64,000 nucleotides of DNA from Candidatus Tepidifontimicrobium thermophilum (GCA_031459915.1 JAVKHO010000012.1:1-64000); one strand, 5' to 3'; counted from the first letter of the stretch, positions 47,690-57,322 are shown. A program made the numbers and translations. Notes: a model not told the origin generated them from the letters alone.

Positions 47690-49231
47690 TCAAGCGCGGG
47701 ACGACGCGGCGCCCCGACGGAACAGGCCCACGACCACCCGCAGCTCCTCGATGCGGGTCAGGGCGCTGGCCACTAGGTACGCGGCACCGCCGGCAGCCAG
47801 GGCGAAGGCCAGCTGCACCAGCTGGCCCCGAAGGCGCTGGGGATCCACCCACCCTCCCGCTCCCTGTGCCGCGGCCCAGGCGGCTAGGCCGCACAGTGCC
47901 GCGGCGGCCATCGCCCGCGCCACGCTGCGCCCCACCCGGCGGCCCTCCAGCGAGCCCAGCCGCCGCCGGGCCAGCCACAGCAGCGTCGCCACGTTGACGG
48001 TGGAGACTGCGCTGGTGGCCAAGGCGATCCCCATGTGGCCCCACCACCTCATGAACAGCCAGTCCAGCACCGCGTTCAGGACGATCATGGCCGCACCCAC
48101 CCGCACGGGCGTCGCCATGTCGTGCAGGGCGTAGAAGACCCGGGTGACCACGGTGTAGCACGCCACCGACACGAGCCCGACCCCGTAGGCGGCCACCGCC
48201 CCCGCCACCGCGTCCGTGGCCTCCGGGCCGAAGGCGTACCGTTCAAAGAGGACCCGTACCAGCAGGTCGGGCACCGACACGTACAGGGCCAGCACGGGCG
48301 CGGTGGCGAACACTGCCGCCCGCAGCCCCAACGACGCGGTCCGACGTAGGGATTCCAGGTCCCCAGTGCCGGCGTGGCGCGACAGGTGGGGGAAGATGGC
48401 GGTGGCGATGGAGATGGCGAAGAACCCCACGGGGGCCTGGACCACCTCGTACGCGTAGTCCAGCACCGCCACCGCGTTCACCGTGCCGCCCGGGAGGTAC
48501 GAGGCGAACACGCGGTCCACGTAGCTGTTGACCTCCACCACCGCCAGGCCCATCATGGCCGGCAGGGCCAAGCGCACCACCTCCCGCAGGGCCGGGTGCC
48601 GGAGTTCCAGCCGGGGCCGGTAGCGGAGGCCGGCGCGCAGCGCCGCGGGGACCTGCACCAGGCACTGCGCCGCGGTGCCCAGTACCCACGCCACCGCGAG
48701 CCCGCGGATGTCCCACAGGGGTGCCAGGACCACAGAGGCCCCGATGATCACCAGGTTGAACAGCAGGGGCGCTAGAGCCGGTACGGTGAACTGCTGGTGG
48801 GACTGCAGGTATCCGGTGAGGAACAGGGAGACGCCGAGGAAGAACATCGCCACGAACAGGATCCGGGTGAGTTCCGTGGCCAGCTCCAGGAGCCGCGGCG
48901 CCGCCGCGAACCCCGGCGCCGCCACCGGGATCACCCAGGGCGCCACCGCCTGGCCCGCCGCCACCATCGCCAGCCCCACCAGCAGGACGAAGGTCAGCAG
49001 GTTGTTGACCACGCGGTCGGTCTCCGCGGGGTCCCCGCGGGTGAGGTACCGGGTGATGGTGGGGATGAACACGATGCTCAGGGTGCCGCCCATCAGCAGC
49101 CGCTGCACGAAGAACGGCACCGAGTAGGCCACCACGTAGGCGGCCTTGGCGTCGCCGGCGCCGAACAGGGCCGCCACGGTAGCTTCGCGCACCACCCCCA
49201 GCAGGCGGCTCGCGACCGCCGCGGCGGCCAT
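47690..49231 (-). CDS. murJ: Lipid II flippase MurJ/MviN
   Basis: SRLLG..RE, FIP, PVG.FAISIATA.FP, FYAL.D..TP; true start may be upstream (see findings). Confidence 0.93.
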   Translation of the reverse strand: MAAAAVASRLLGVVREATVAALFGAGDAKAAYVVAYSVPFFVQRLLMGGTLSIVFIPTITRYLTRGDPAETDRVVNNLLTFVLLVGLAMVAAGQAVAPWVIPVAAPGFAAAPRLLELATELTRILFVAMFFLGVSLFLTGYLQSHQQFTVPALAPLLFNLVIIGASVVLAPLWDIRGLAVAWVLGTAAQCLVQVPAALRAGLRYRPRLELRHPALREVVRLALPAMMGLAVVEVNSYVDRVFASYLPGGTVNAVAVLDYAYEVVQAPVGFFAISIATAIFPHLSRHAGTGDLESLRRTASLGLRAAVFATAPVLALYVSVPDLLVRVLFERYAFGPEATDAVAGAVAAYGVGLVSVACYTVVTRVFYALHDMATPVRVGAAMIVLNAVLDWLFMRWWGHMGIALATSAVSTVNVATLLWLARRRLGSLEGRRVGRSVARAMAAAALCGLAAWAAAQGAGGWVDPQRLRGQLVQLAFALAAGGAAYLVASALTRIEELRVVVGLFRRGAASSRA

Positions 49232-49376
49232 GATGCCCGCCGCCTTCGCGATCTGCCTAGGGGCCCCGGTGTGGGCTTCTGGCGTGGCTTGCAGGCGGAT
49301 GGGCCACCTCCGGCTGCGGTCGGCTGCCGATATGGTACAATGCGCCGGGACCGTCGGTGAGAGGAGGTCGCACGGC

Positions 49377-49622
49377 GTGGCGAAGCGGAGTCGTTCGGCG
49401 CTCAAGCGGTTGCGGCAGACGGTCAGGCGGACCCTGCGCAACCGTGCGGTGAAGTCCAAGGTGAAGACGCTCGTCAAGAAGGCCCGGAGCACCCGGGATC
49501 TGGAAGCCCTGCGAGCCGCGGTGAAGGCTATCGACAAGGCCGCGGCCAAGGGGATCCTGCACCGCAACACCGCAGCCCGCAAGAAGAGCCGGCTGATGCG
49601 GGCCGTTCTGCAGCCCGGCTAG
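49377..49622 (+). CDS. rpsT: 30S ribosomal protein S20
   Basis: SALKR.RQ, IDKAA.KGILH.N.AARKKSRL; GGAGG SD; TGGTACAAT extended -10 at 49333-41. Confidence 0.95.
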   Translation: MAKRSRSALKRLRQTVRRTLRNRAVKSKVKTLVKKARSTRDLEALRAAVKAIDKAAAKGILHRNTAARKKSRLMRAVLQPG

Positions 49623-50602
49623 GCGCGGGCCCCGGCCGGCCCACACAGCCGCACCACCAGCTGCTGGACCAGCACGTCCGCGGCGCCCGCGGACGTCTTC
49701 AACTGCAGGTCCGTCCGCTCGATGTGCTGGTACAGCTCCGCCAGCCGCCCGCTCCCTAACCGCCGTACCTGCTCCCGATACCGCCCAAAGAGCCACGCAC
49801 GGCTGCCGAGGGCCTGCCGCACCTGCCCGGAAGTGGCCCTCTGCGCGACCAGCGCCTGCGTGTACAGCAGGGCCCGGAAGTGGGAGGCCAGGAGCGCCAC
49901 AAGTCCCACCGGGTTTTCCCGCTCCAGCAACCTCTGCAGCACCCGCAACGCGGTCCCCGCGTCCCCCGCCGCCACCGCGTCCGTGAGGGCGAACACGGAC
50001 ACCTCCGCGCCGTGCGAGGCCACCGCCTCCACGTCGGACAGCTGAAGGGTGGCGCGCTCCCCGGCGTACGCCACCAGCTTTTCCACCTCTCCCGACAGGG
50101 CATGCAGGTCGGTGCCCACCGCGGCCACCAGCGCCCGGGCCGCCTCCCCCGTGATGCGCTTGCCCAACTCTCGCACCCGGGAGGTCACCCACGCGACGGC
50201 GTCCCGGGCCTCCAGCGGGTTGGCCTCCACCACCTCCGCCACCCGCTGGAGCACCCCCCAGAGCCGGCGGCGCCGGTCCAGGGAAGCCGCTTCCAGCACC
50301 AGCACGCACGCCGGGGGATTTGCTTCCAGGTACGCCGCCAGCCGCTCCTGGGCGGGCGCGGGCAGGCGGTCCGCCTGCCGCACCACCACCACCCGAGTGC
50401 CCCCGAAGAAAGGCAGGGTGTCCGCCCGCGTGAGGATCTCCGCAACGTCCACTTCCGCGGCGTCCAGCTGGTCGAGGTTCAGCTCCTGTTCCGCGGGGGT
50501 CAAGTAGGCACTCACCAGGCGTGCTACCGCCCTGCGGCGCAGCCACGCCTCCTCACCCACCACCACGTAGACCTGCCTTCGCGGAGCACGTTCGCGGCTC
50601 AT
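49619..50602 (-). CDS. holA: DNA polymerase III subunit delta
   Basis: Y...GEE, TLPFF...RVV, EVEKL..Y, VF.L.DA, D..LK; comEC-holA-rpsT context. Confidence 0.9.
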   Translation of the reverse strand: MSRERAPRRQVYVVVGEEAWLRRRAVARLVSAYLTPAEQELNLDQLDAAEVDVAEILTRADTLPFFGGTRVVVVRQADRLPAPAQERLAAYLEANPPACVLVLEAASLDRRRRLWGVLQRVAEVVEANPLEARDAVAWVTSRVRELGKRITGEAARALVAAVGTDLHALSGEVEKLVAYAGERATLQLSDVEAVASHGAEVSVFALTDAVAAGDAGTALRVLQRLLERENPVGLVALLASHFRALLYTQALVAQRATSGQVRQALGSRAWLFGRYREQVRRLGSGRLAELYQHIERTDLQLKTSAGAADVLVQQLVVRLCGPAGARA

Positions 50603-50829
50603 CGACCTTCCTCTTCCAGCCCGTCCAACGCGTCCCGCACCCGCGCCCGCCACGGGTTGGGTGCCAGGCGCACCTGGATCCGCACACCGCTTCCCTCCCG
50701 GGCGCTCCGCGGCAGGGCCGAGCGGGGCAGGAAGGCTGCCTGACCGCCTTCCAGGACGAGCACGGCTACCTCGTCCTCCACGCGGTCCACCACGCCGTAC
50801 AGCACCACGGTCTGGTCGTCTGCACCCAC
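50599..50829 (-). CDS. DUF3006-like small protein
   Basis: VVDRVE...AVL, LP..AREG; follows comEC. Confidence 0.7.
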   Translation of the reverse strand: MGADDQTVVLYGVVDRVEDEVAVLVLEGGQAAFLPRSALPRSAREGSGVRIQVRLAPNPWRARVRDALDGLEEEGR

Positions 50830-53063
50830 AGCGCCCTCCCGTCCGTGCGAATGGTCACCGCGCCGTCGCGGTCCGTGCGGTACACGGGGATCCCGAGCCG
50901 GCCGTAACGCGCCAGCACCTCGCGGTGCGGGTGCCCGTACGGATTCCAGCGGCCCACGGACAGCACCGCCACCTTAGGGGAGACCGCCCTCAGGAAGGGG
51001 TCGGTGCTGCTCGTGCGGCTGCCCTGATGCGGGACTTTCAGCACCTCCGCCCGCAGGTCTTCCCCCGAGGCCACCAGCGCGCCCTCCGCGCCTGCCTCCA
51101 CATCCCCCGGAAAGAGGAACCGGACCTGCCGGTAGCGCAGCGACACCACCACCGAGTTCTCGTTCGCCGCGGACGGCCCCTGCCAGAGGGTCTGCGCCGG
51201 CCACAGCACGTGCAGGTCCACTTCACCCAGACTCACCCGCACACCCCGCCGTGCCAGGTGGTACGGGATCCGCCGATCGCGCACCGTCTGCAGGAACGCC
51301 GCGTAGACGGGAGAAGGGTGCGGGTAGCCACCGTCCAGCACCACGCCGGCCCCAAACCGCCGCAGGGTGTGTGCGAGGCCGGCCACGTGGTCCGCGTGCG
51401 GGTGGCTCAGCACCGCTACGTCCACCCGGCCACCGCTTCTCGCCAGGAAGCTGGTGATCGGCTCTGCCTCGGGCCCGCCGTCCACCACCACCCGGTGCCC
51501 GTGCGGGGTGCGGATCACGACCGCGTCGCCCTGACCGACATCCAGGAACACGACTTCGGCAAGGGGTGGCGGCGGGAGAGCCCGGACCCACACCGACGCG
51601 GCGACCGCCAGGACCGCGGCCACCACCGCCCTCCCGGTTCGCACCCACCCCCGCCACGCGGCCACCGCCAGCAGGGCACACCACGCCAGTACCAGCGCGC
51701 CTGCTGTCGGGTCTGTGGCGTGCGCGGTGGCAGCGGGCAACGAGGAAACCGTGCGGGCTACCCAGACCAGGTACGCACACCCGGCCCCCGCCAGCCACAA
51801 CACCGGCAGCGCGGCCGGAAGCCAAGCAAGCCCCAGCAGGCCGCCCACAAGGCCCGCGGGCACCACGAACGCGGACGCGGGTACGGCCAGCACGTTGGCC
51901 ACCACCGCCCACGGCTGCAACTGGCCGAAGTGCCACACCACCAGGGGGGCCACGAACAGCTGGCAAGAGACGGCCGCCGCCACGCCCTCCCGTACCAGCT
52001 GCGGTCCGTTCCCGAAGGCCCCCTCCAGGGGCCGGGCCAGCAGCACAAGCCCCGCGGTGGCCGCGAAGGAGAGCTGGAAGCCGACGTCCACCAGCCACAG
52101 CGGCCGTACGGCTACCAGCGCTGCGGCCGTGAACGCCAGCAGCGTGTAGGGATCCACCTCCCGCTTGAGCAGTCCCGCGGCCACCCCCACTCCGGCCATC
52201 AGCGCTGCCCGCGCCATCGAGGGCTCCCACCCGGCTACCCACGCGAACACCAGCACCGCCGCCAGGGCTCCGACGACCCGTACCGGCCGGCGGAACCGGC
52301 GCAGGGCCAGGTAGGCCGCGGCGGCCACGGTGGACAGCTGCGCGCCCGAGGCCACCAGCAGGTGCACCAGCCCGCTTGCCCGGAACACCTCCTGCAGGTC
52401 GCGGTCCGGCACGGGGATCCCCAGCACGACCCCCGCCAGCACCGCGTCCAGAGGAGGGCCCAGGGCCCTCTGGTAGACCCGGCGCAGCGCCTCGCGAGCC
52501 CACGAGGGCCAGCGCAGCCACGGGGGGCCATGGCCGCGCTCTACCACCTCCACCTGCTCCGCCACCAACACAGCCCGGGCGTCCTGGCGGTAAAGCCAGC
52601 GCGCGGGGTCGGGTTGCCCTGGGTTTGTGGGCACGGGAAGCGGTAGCAGCCTTCCACGGACCCGCACCACGTCTCCGGCGGAGACCGGCCTGTGGCCGCG
52701 TACCTGCACTCGGCTGGGCCGCACGCCTGCGGGCCGCAGCACGTGCGTAGCCTGGAGGACGAACCGCCTGCCGGCGGTGACGGCCAGTCCTTCCACTTCC
52801 ACCACCTGGCCGGCTCGGCCCGCTAGCTGGTCCGGCCCCGGGGGCGTACGGGCCCGCGCGCCTGCAGCGGCACCCGCAGCCGCAGCACAGACCATCAGGA
52901 CTGCGGTCGCGGATCGGGCCCGGCCTGCGGCCCACACGCACACGGGCACAAGCGCCGCAGAAACCCCCAGGGCAGCCTGAACGGGAACCAGACCGTGCAC
53001 TCCCGCCGCGGCGCCCGCGACGAAGGCTACGGAAACCCACACTAGCGGCCTGCGCACGTCCAC
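50766..53063 (-). CDS. comEC: DNA uptake channel ComEC/Rec2
   Basis: G..HL..ASG, GFQLSF, LDVGQGD, SHPHADH, N..S, KVPHQGS, YGHP, RTD..G. Confidence 0.95.
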   Translation of the reverse strand: MDVRRPLVWVSVAFVAGAAAGVHGLVPVQAALGVSAALVPVCVWAAGRARSATAVLMVCAAAAGAAAGARARTPPGPDQLAGRAGQVVEVEGLAVTAGRRFVLQATHVLRPAGVRPSRVQVRGHRPVSAGDVVRVRGRLLPLPVPTNPGQPDPARWLYRQDARAVLVAEQVEVVERGHGPPWLRWPSWAREALRRVYQRALGPPLDAVLAGVVLGIPVPDRDLQEVFRASGLVHLLVASGAQLSTVAAAAYLALRRFRRPVRVVGALAAVLVFAWVAGWEPSMARAALMAGVGVAAGLLKREVDPYTLLAFTAAALVAVRPLWLVDVGFQLSFAATAGLVLLARPLEGAFGNGPQLVREGVAAAVSCQLFVAPLVVWHFGQLQPWAVVANVLAVPASAFVVPAGLVGGLLGLAWLPAALPVLWLAGAGCAYLVWVARTVSSLPAATAHATDPTAGALVLAWCALLAVAAWRGWVRTGRAVVAAVLAVAASVWVRALPPPPLAEVVFLDVGQGDAVVIRTPHGHRVVVDGGPEAEPITSFLARSGGRVDVAVLSHPHADHVAGLAHTLRRFGAGVVLDGGYPHPSPVYAAFLQTVRDRRIPYHLARRGVRVSLGEVDLHVLWPAQTLWQGPSAANENSVVVSLRYRQVRFLFPGDVEAGAEGALVASGEDLRAEVLKVPHQGSRTSSTDPFLRAVSPKVAVLSVGRWNPYGHPHREVLARYGRLGIPVYRTDRDGAVTIRTDGRALWVQTTRPWCCTAWWTAWRTR

Positions 53064-53076
53064 CCCCGGACCGAAC

Positions 53077-53110
53077 TCCCGAAGAGTGAACGCGCCCAGC
53101 CGGGTTTTTT
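53077..53110 (-). promoter_or_regulatory. Conserved motif upstream of comEC (copy 1)
   Basis: AAAACCCGG-N6-GCGTTCACTCTTCGGGA; near-identical copy upstream of yraN. Confidence 0.5.
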
Positions 53111-53129
53111 GACGAGGTCGCGGGCCCGT

Positions 53130-55058
53130 CTACCGCCGCTGGCGGACCTCGTCCAGGACGCGGACCACGAACTCCTCCAGGGGAAAGGTGCCCAGCTCCC
53201 CGCGGCTGCGGTGGCGGACCGCCACAGCCCCGGCCTGCTCCTCGCGGTCGCCCACCACCAGCATGTAGGGGACCTTGTTCACCTGCGCGTCGCGGATCTT
53301 CTTAGCCACCTTCTCGCTCCGGAGGTCCACCTCCGCCCGCAGGCCCGCCTCCCGCAGCCGGTCCCGTACCTGCTGGGCGTAGTCGCCATGGCGGTCCGCC
53401 ACGGGGAGGACCCGGACCTGTTCGGGGGCCAGCCACAGGGGGAACGCGCCCGCGTGGTGCTCGATGAGGATGCCCAGGAACCGTTCCAGGGAGCCCAGCA
53501 GCGCCCGGTGGATCATGACGGGCCGGTGCGGGCGGTTGTCCTCGCCCACGTAGGTCAGGTCGAAGCGCTCGGGGAGCACGAAGTCCAGCTGCACCGTGGT
53601 GAGCTGCCACTTCCGGCCCAGGGCGTCGTGGAAGTACACGTCGATCTTCGGACCGTAGAAGTTCGCCTCGCCCGGCGCGCGGGTGTAGGGCGCCCCGTGG
53701 CGGCGCAGGGCCGCCTCCAGGGCCGCCTCCGCCCGCTCCCACACCTCCGGAGCCCCCGCGTACCTTCCCGCCTGCGCAGGGTCCCGTACGGACAGCATCA
53801 CCTCGTACGTCTCGAAGCCGAAGGCGCGGTGGACGGAGAACGCCAGGTCCAGCAGGCTGAGGATCTCCTCCTCGATCTGGTCCGGCCGGCAGAAGATGTG
53901 CGCGTCGTCCTGGGTGATCATCCGCACCCGCAGCAGCCCGTGCAGGACCCCGGACCGCTCGTACCGGTACACGGTCCCGAACTCCGCCAGCCGCACGGGG
54001 AGCTCCCGGTAGCTGCGGGTGCGGCTGGCGTAGATGGCCACGTGGAAGGGACAGTTCATGGGCTTCACCAGGTAGCGCTGCCCCTCCACCTCGATGCCGC
54101 TGAACATGTTGTCCCGGTACCAGCTGAGGTGTCCGCTGCGCTCCCACAGCTCCTCCCGGGCCACGTGGGGCGTGTACACCCACTGGTAGCCGCGGCGGTC
54201 CAGCTCCGCCCGCAGGAACTCCTCGATGCACCGGCGGACCACCGCGCCCCGCGGGTGCCAGAGCACGAGGCCGGGGCCGATGCTGTCCTCGATGCTGAAC
54301 AGCTCCAGCTCGCGTCCCAGCCGTCGGTGGTCGCGCCGCTTCGCCTCCTCCAGCCGGTGCAGGTAGGCCTCCAGCTGCGCGGGCTCCGGGAAGGTGATCC
54401 CGTACACCCGCTGCAGCATCTCCCGCCGCTCGTCGCCCCGCCAGTACGCCCCGCTGCAGCCTAAGACCTTGATGGCCCGGATCAGCCCCGTGCGCGGGAT
54501 GTGGGGACCCCGGCACATGTCCAGAAAGCCGTCCTGCCGGTAGAAGGAGACACGTTCGTCCGGGATCCCCTCCAGCAGCTCCAGCTTGTACCGCTCCCCC
54601 ATCTCCTGGTACAGGCGCACCGCTTCCGCGCGGGGGAGTTCGACCCGTTCGATGACCTGGTCCCGCGCCGCCAGCTCCCGCATCCGGTCCTCGATGCGCT
54701 GCAGGTCCTCCGGTTCCAGAGGCCGGCCCACGTCGATGTCGTAGTAGAACCCGTCCTCGATGGGGGGGCCGATGGCCAGCTTGGCCTGCGGGAACAGCTC
54801 CTTCACCGCCTGCGCCAGCAGGTGGGCGGAGGAGTGCCAGTAGATCTGGCGGCCCTCGGGGTCCTCGAACCGCAAAAACCGCACCTCCGCGTCGCCCTCC
54901 ACCTGCGCGCTGAGGTCCCGGGCCTGTCCGTCCACCACGGCGGCCAGGACCCCCTCCTCGCCCCGCAGGCGTGCCACCTCCGCCAGGGGCGTCCCCGCGG
55001 GGACCTCCACCTGCGAGCCGTCCGGGAACCGGACCCGAACCGTCTGCGACCCCTCCAC
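53130..55058 (-). CDS. thrS: Threonyl-tRNA synthetase
   Basis: TGS domain, HSSAHL, RDHRRLG, KPMNCP, YRYE.SG, GLLRVR, FYGPK, HRA..GS.ERF. Confidence 0.98.
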   Translation of the reverse strand: MEGSQTVRVRFPDGSQVEVPAGTPLAEVARLRGEEGVLAAVVDGQARDLSAQVEGDAEVRFLRFEDPEGRQIYWHSSAHLLAQAVKELFPQAKLAIGPPIEDGFYYDIDVGRPLEPEDLQRIEDRMRELAARDQVIERVELPRAEAVRLYQEMGERYKLELLEGIPDERVSFYRQDGFLDMCRGPHIPRTGLIRAIKVLGCSGAYWRGDERREMLQRVYGITFPEPAQLEAYLHRLEEAKRRDHRRLGRELELFSIEDSIGPGLVLWHPRGAVVRRCIEEFLRAELDRRGYQWVYTPHVAREELWERSGHLSWYRDNMFSGIEVEGQRYLVKPMNCPFHVAIYASRTRSYRELPVRLAEFGTVYRYERSGVLHGLLRVRMITQDDAHIFCRPDQIEEEILSLLDLAFSVHRAFGFETYEVMLSVRDPAQAGRYAGAPEVWERAEAALEAALRRHGAPYTRAPGEANFYGPKIDVYFHDALGRKWQLTTVQLDFVLPERFDLTYVGEDNRPHRPVMIHRALLGSLERFLGILIEHHAGAFPLWLAPEQVRVLPVADRHGDYAQQVRDRLREAGLRAEVDLRSEKVAKKIRDAQVNKVPYMLVVGDREEQAGAVAVRHRSRGELGTFPLEEFVVRVLDEVRQRR

Positions 55059-55071
55059 CGGCACCACCTCC

Positions 55072-55298
55072 AAAAAACTCGGTGCGCCCCGTCCTGGGAC
55101 GGGGCGCACCCGCGGTTCCACCCAGGTTCCCGCCACCCGGCGGGCCCTCTCCGCGCGTTTTCGGGCGCACCCGGCGGGCCTACTGCGAGTTCAGCCCGCG
55201 GCTCCGAGGGGGTACCGCCACCGCCGCCCACAGGAGTTCCCAGCGCGCCTCCCTCTCTGCAGCCGGCCGGACGGTGCGGCGCGTCCTCTTCCTCGCCT
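55072..55298 (-). ncRNA. T-box leader with Thr (ACC) specifier and intrinsic terminator
   Basis: AACCUGGGUGGAACCGCG (55111-28), terminator GGUGCGCCCCGUCC..GGACGGGGCGCACC plus U6, AGUA box, candidate ACC specifier at 55211-13. Confidence 0.9.
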
Positions 55299-55305
55299 CG
55301 AGGCC

Positions 55306-55334
55306 ACCATACTGGCCGGCGCCGCCTGTGTCAA
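55306..55334 (-). promoter_or_regulatory. thrS promoter
   Basis: TTGACA-N17-TATGGT. Confidence 0.7.
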
Positions 55335-55391
55335 ACGGCCCGCGTGGACCGCGCGGGCGTACCATGTTGGCAGAACTCCCGGGAGGGGGCT

Positions 55392-56831
55392 GTGGATCCG
55401 GAGGCCCTTCACTCACCCACCCGCTGGCTCGCAGCCCACGGGGTGTCGGTGCCGGACGAGCTGGTGGAGCTCGAGGGGTGGTGGGCGTCTAGCGGGCGCG
55501 CGGTCTCCGAAGCCGTTGACCGCATGGGGACTCCGTGGCTGCGGATGTTCGACCGGCTCGGGGAGCGCACGGACGAGGTCCTGTACCCGCCGGAACACCG
55601 CGCCATGCTGTTACGGGGCTACCGCGCGGGCGCGGTGTGGCACGCACTGGAAGGGGAGGGACTCGAGGCCACCTTCCGGATCGGGTACGTCACCAGCTTC
55701 TTCGACCCCGGGGCCTACTGCCCGTACACCGTGTCCCTGGCTACGGCCCTGGCCGTGCACAAGTACGCCGAACCCGCGGTGCGGGAACGTTTCCTGCCGC
55801 TCCTGCTGCGCAGGGACGACGGCGTGTGGCAGGGCGCCACGTGGATGACGGAGTCCGCGGGAGGTTCGGACCTGGGGACTGCCGTGCAGACCACCGCCCG
55901 CCCCGAGGGGGAGCGGTGGCGGTTGCAGGGGGAGAAGTTCTTCGCCAGCAACGTGGGCGCGGAGCTGGCCCTGGTGGCGGCGCGGCGGCCGGGCGCGCCG
56001 AGAACGGTCCGGGGGCTGAACCTCTTCCTGGTGCCCCGCTGGAGTTCAGACGGCCGGCTCAACTACCGGGTACGGCGGCTCAAGGACAAGGTGGGCACTC
56101 GGTCGGTACCGACCGGAGAGGTGGAGCTGCTGGACAGCGAGGCTTACCTCCTGGGCCGCCCGGAGGACGGCGTGTACCACGTGCTGGAGGTCCTCAACGT
56201 CTCCCGGGTGGCCAACGCGGTGGGCAGCGCGGCCCTGGCGCAAAGGGCTCTGGCGGAGGCGGTGGAGTTCGGACGCCGCCGGGTGGCCTTCGGCCGGCCC
56301 GTGCTTGAGCACCCGCTGCTGCGCACCCAGTTCCAGGCGAACCTGGAGCGGGTACGGGCGGCGTTCGCCCTCGCGTGGTTCGCGGTCCGGCTGCTGGAGC
56401 AGGTCTGGCAGGAAGTACCGCCGTACCCGGCCCGCTACCACACCTTCCGCCTGGTCACCCACCTGGCGAAGTTCTGGACCGCGGAGGTGGCCTTCCAGTC
56501 GGCCCGGTGGTGTGTGGACGTGCACGGGGGCGCGGGCGTGCTGTCCGAGCACGGGGTGGAACGGCTGATCAGGGAGGCGCTGATCCTCCCCATCTGGGAG
56601 GGCACTCCACACCGCCAGGTGCTGGACGGGCTGGAGGTAATGGTCCAGAAGGGCGCGCACGAAGCCCTCCTGGACGAGCTGGCCCGTGCGGACCCGCGTC
56701 GGGCGGAGGCCCTGCGGGAGCGCATACGGGCCCACCTGGAACTGCCCCACGAGCAGCGCGAAGCCCACGCGGACAGCCTGTTCGCGGAGCTGGCGAGCTT
56801 CACCGGCGCGGCCCTGAGCGGCCAGGGATAA
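55392..56831 (+). CDS. Acyl-CoA dehydrogenase family protein (AidB-like)
   Basis: CP......A, ATWMTE..GGSD, G.K.F.S, RLKDK.GTRS.PTGEVE, IWEGT; GTG at 55392 after GGAGG. Confidence 0.85.
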   Translation: MDPEALHSPTRWLAAHGVSVPDELVELEGWWASSGRAVSEAVDRMGTPWLRMFDRLGERTDEVLYPPEHRAMLLRGYRAGAVWHALEGEGLEATFRIGYVTSFFDPGAYCPYTVSLATALAVHKYAEPAVRERFLPLLLRRDDGVWQGATWMTESAGGSDLGTAVQTTARPEGERWRLQGEKFFASNVGAELALVAARRPGAPRTVRGLNLFLVPRWSSDGRLNYRVRRLKDKVGTRSVPTGEVELLDSEAYLLGRPEDGVYHVLEVLNVSRVANAVGSAALAQRALAEAVEFGRRRVAFGRPVLEHPLLRTQFQANLERVRAAFALAWFAVRLLEQVWQEVPPYPARYHTFRLVTHLAKFWTAEVAFQSARWCVDVHGGAGVLSEHGVERLIREALILPIWEGTPHRQVLDGLEVMVQKGAHEALLDELARADPRRAEALRERIRAHLELPHEQREAHADSLFAELASFTGAALSGQG

Positions 56832-57288
56832 ACCGCCTGCGCCGCCCGGGCTCGAGGTCTGGCCGGAACGCGTCCGGGACCACCTCCACACGGACCGGCC
56901 GCCCATCCGGACTCAGGTCCACCGCCACCGCGTCGAACCGGCACGGCGGGAGTGGGCGCTGTCCAAGGGCCTGCAGGTAAGCCTCGGCCAGCCGCACCAG
57001 CTGGCGCTGCTTGTGCGCGGTGATGGCCTCAAGGGGGTGGCCGTGTTCCGGCCCCGCGCGGGCCTTCACCTCCACAAACACCACAGCCCCGCGGTGCTCG
57101 CACACCAGGTCCAGCTCGCCGAACCGGAAGCGCACGTTTCGGGCCCGGACCCGGTAGCCCAGCCGCTCCAGGGCTCGGGCCGCCGCTTCCTCGGCCTGGA
57201 GGCCCGCGGACCGCCGGGGGTCGGTCACCTCCTGGTCAGGGTCCGACCGGTCCGGCCACCGCCGCAGAATCCCCAGCCACCGGAGCAT
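56800..57288 (-). CDS. yraN: YraN family nuclease
   Basis: G..AE..A...L...GY, RN.R...GELDL, FVEVK.R, RFD.V, DAF; downstream of rnhB. Confidence 0.92.
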   Translation of the reverse strand: MLRWLGILRRWPDRSDPDQEVTDPRRSAGLQAEEAAARALERLGYRVRARNVRFRFGELDLVCEHRGAVVFVEVKARAGPEHGHPLEAITAHKQRQLVRLAEAYLQALGQRPLPPCRFDAVAVDLSPDGRPVRVEVVPDAFRPDLEPGRRRRFIPGRSGPRR

Positions 57289-57322
57289 CCCGTAAGAGGG
57301 AACGCAGCAAGACCGGGTTTTC
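57288..57322 (-). promoter_or_regulatory. Conserved motif upstream of yraN (copy 2)
   Basis: GAAAACCCGG-N7-GCGTTCCCTCTTACGGG directly before ATG. Confidence 0.5.

Noticed and set aside
54501..55391. Apparent N-terminal extension of the acyl-CoA dehydrogenase
   Set aside because: Overlaps thrS antisense and the T-box; an SD plus GTG at 55392 gives a normal-length protein.
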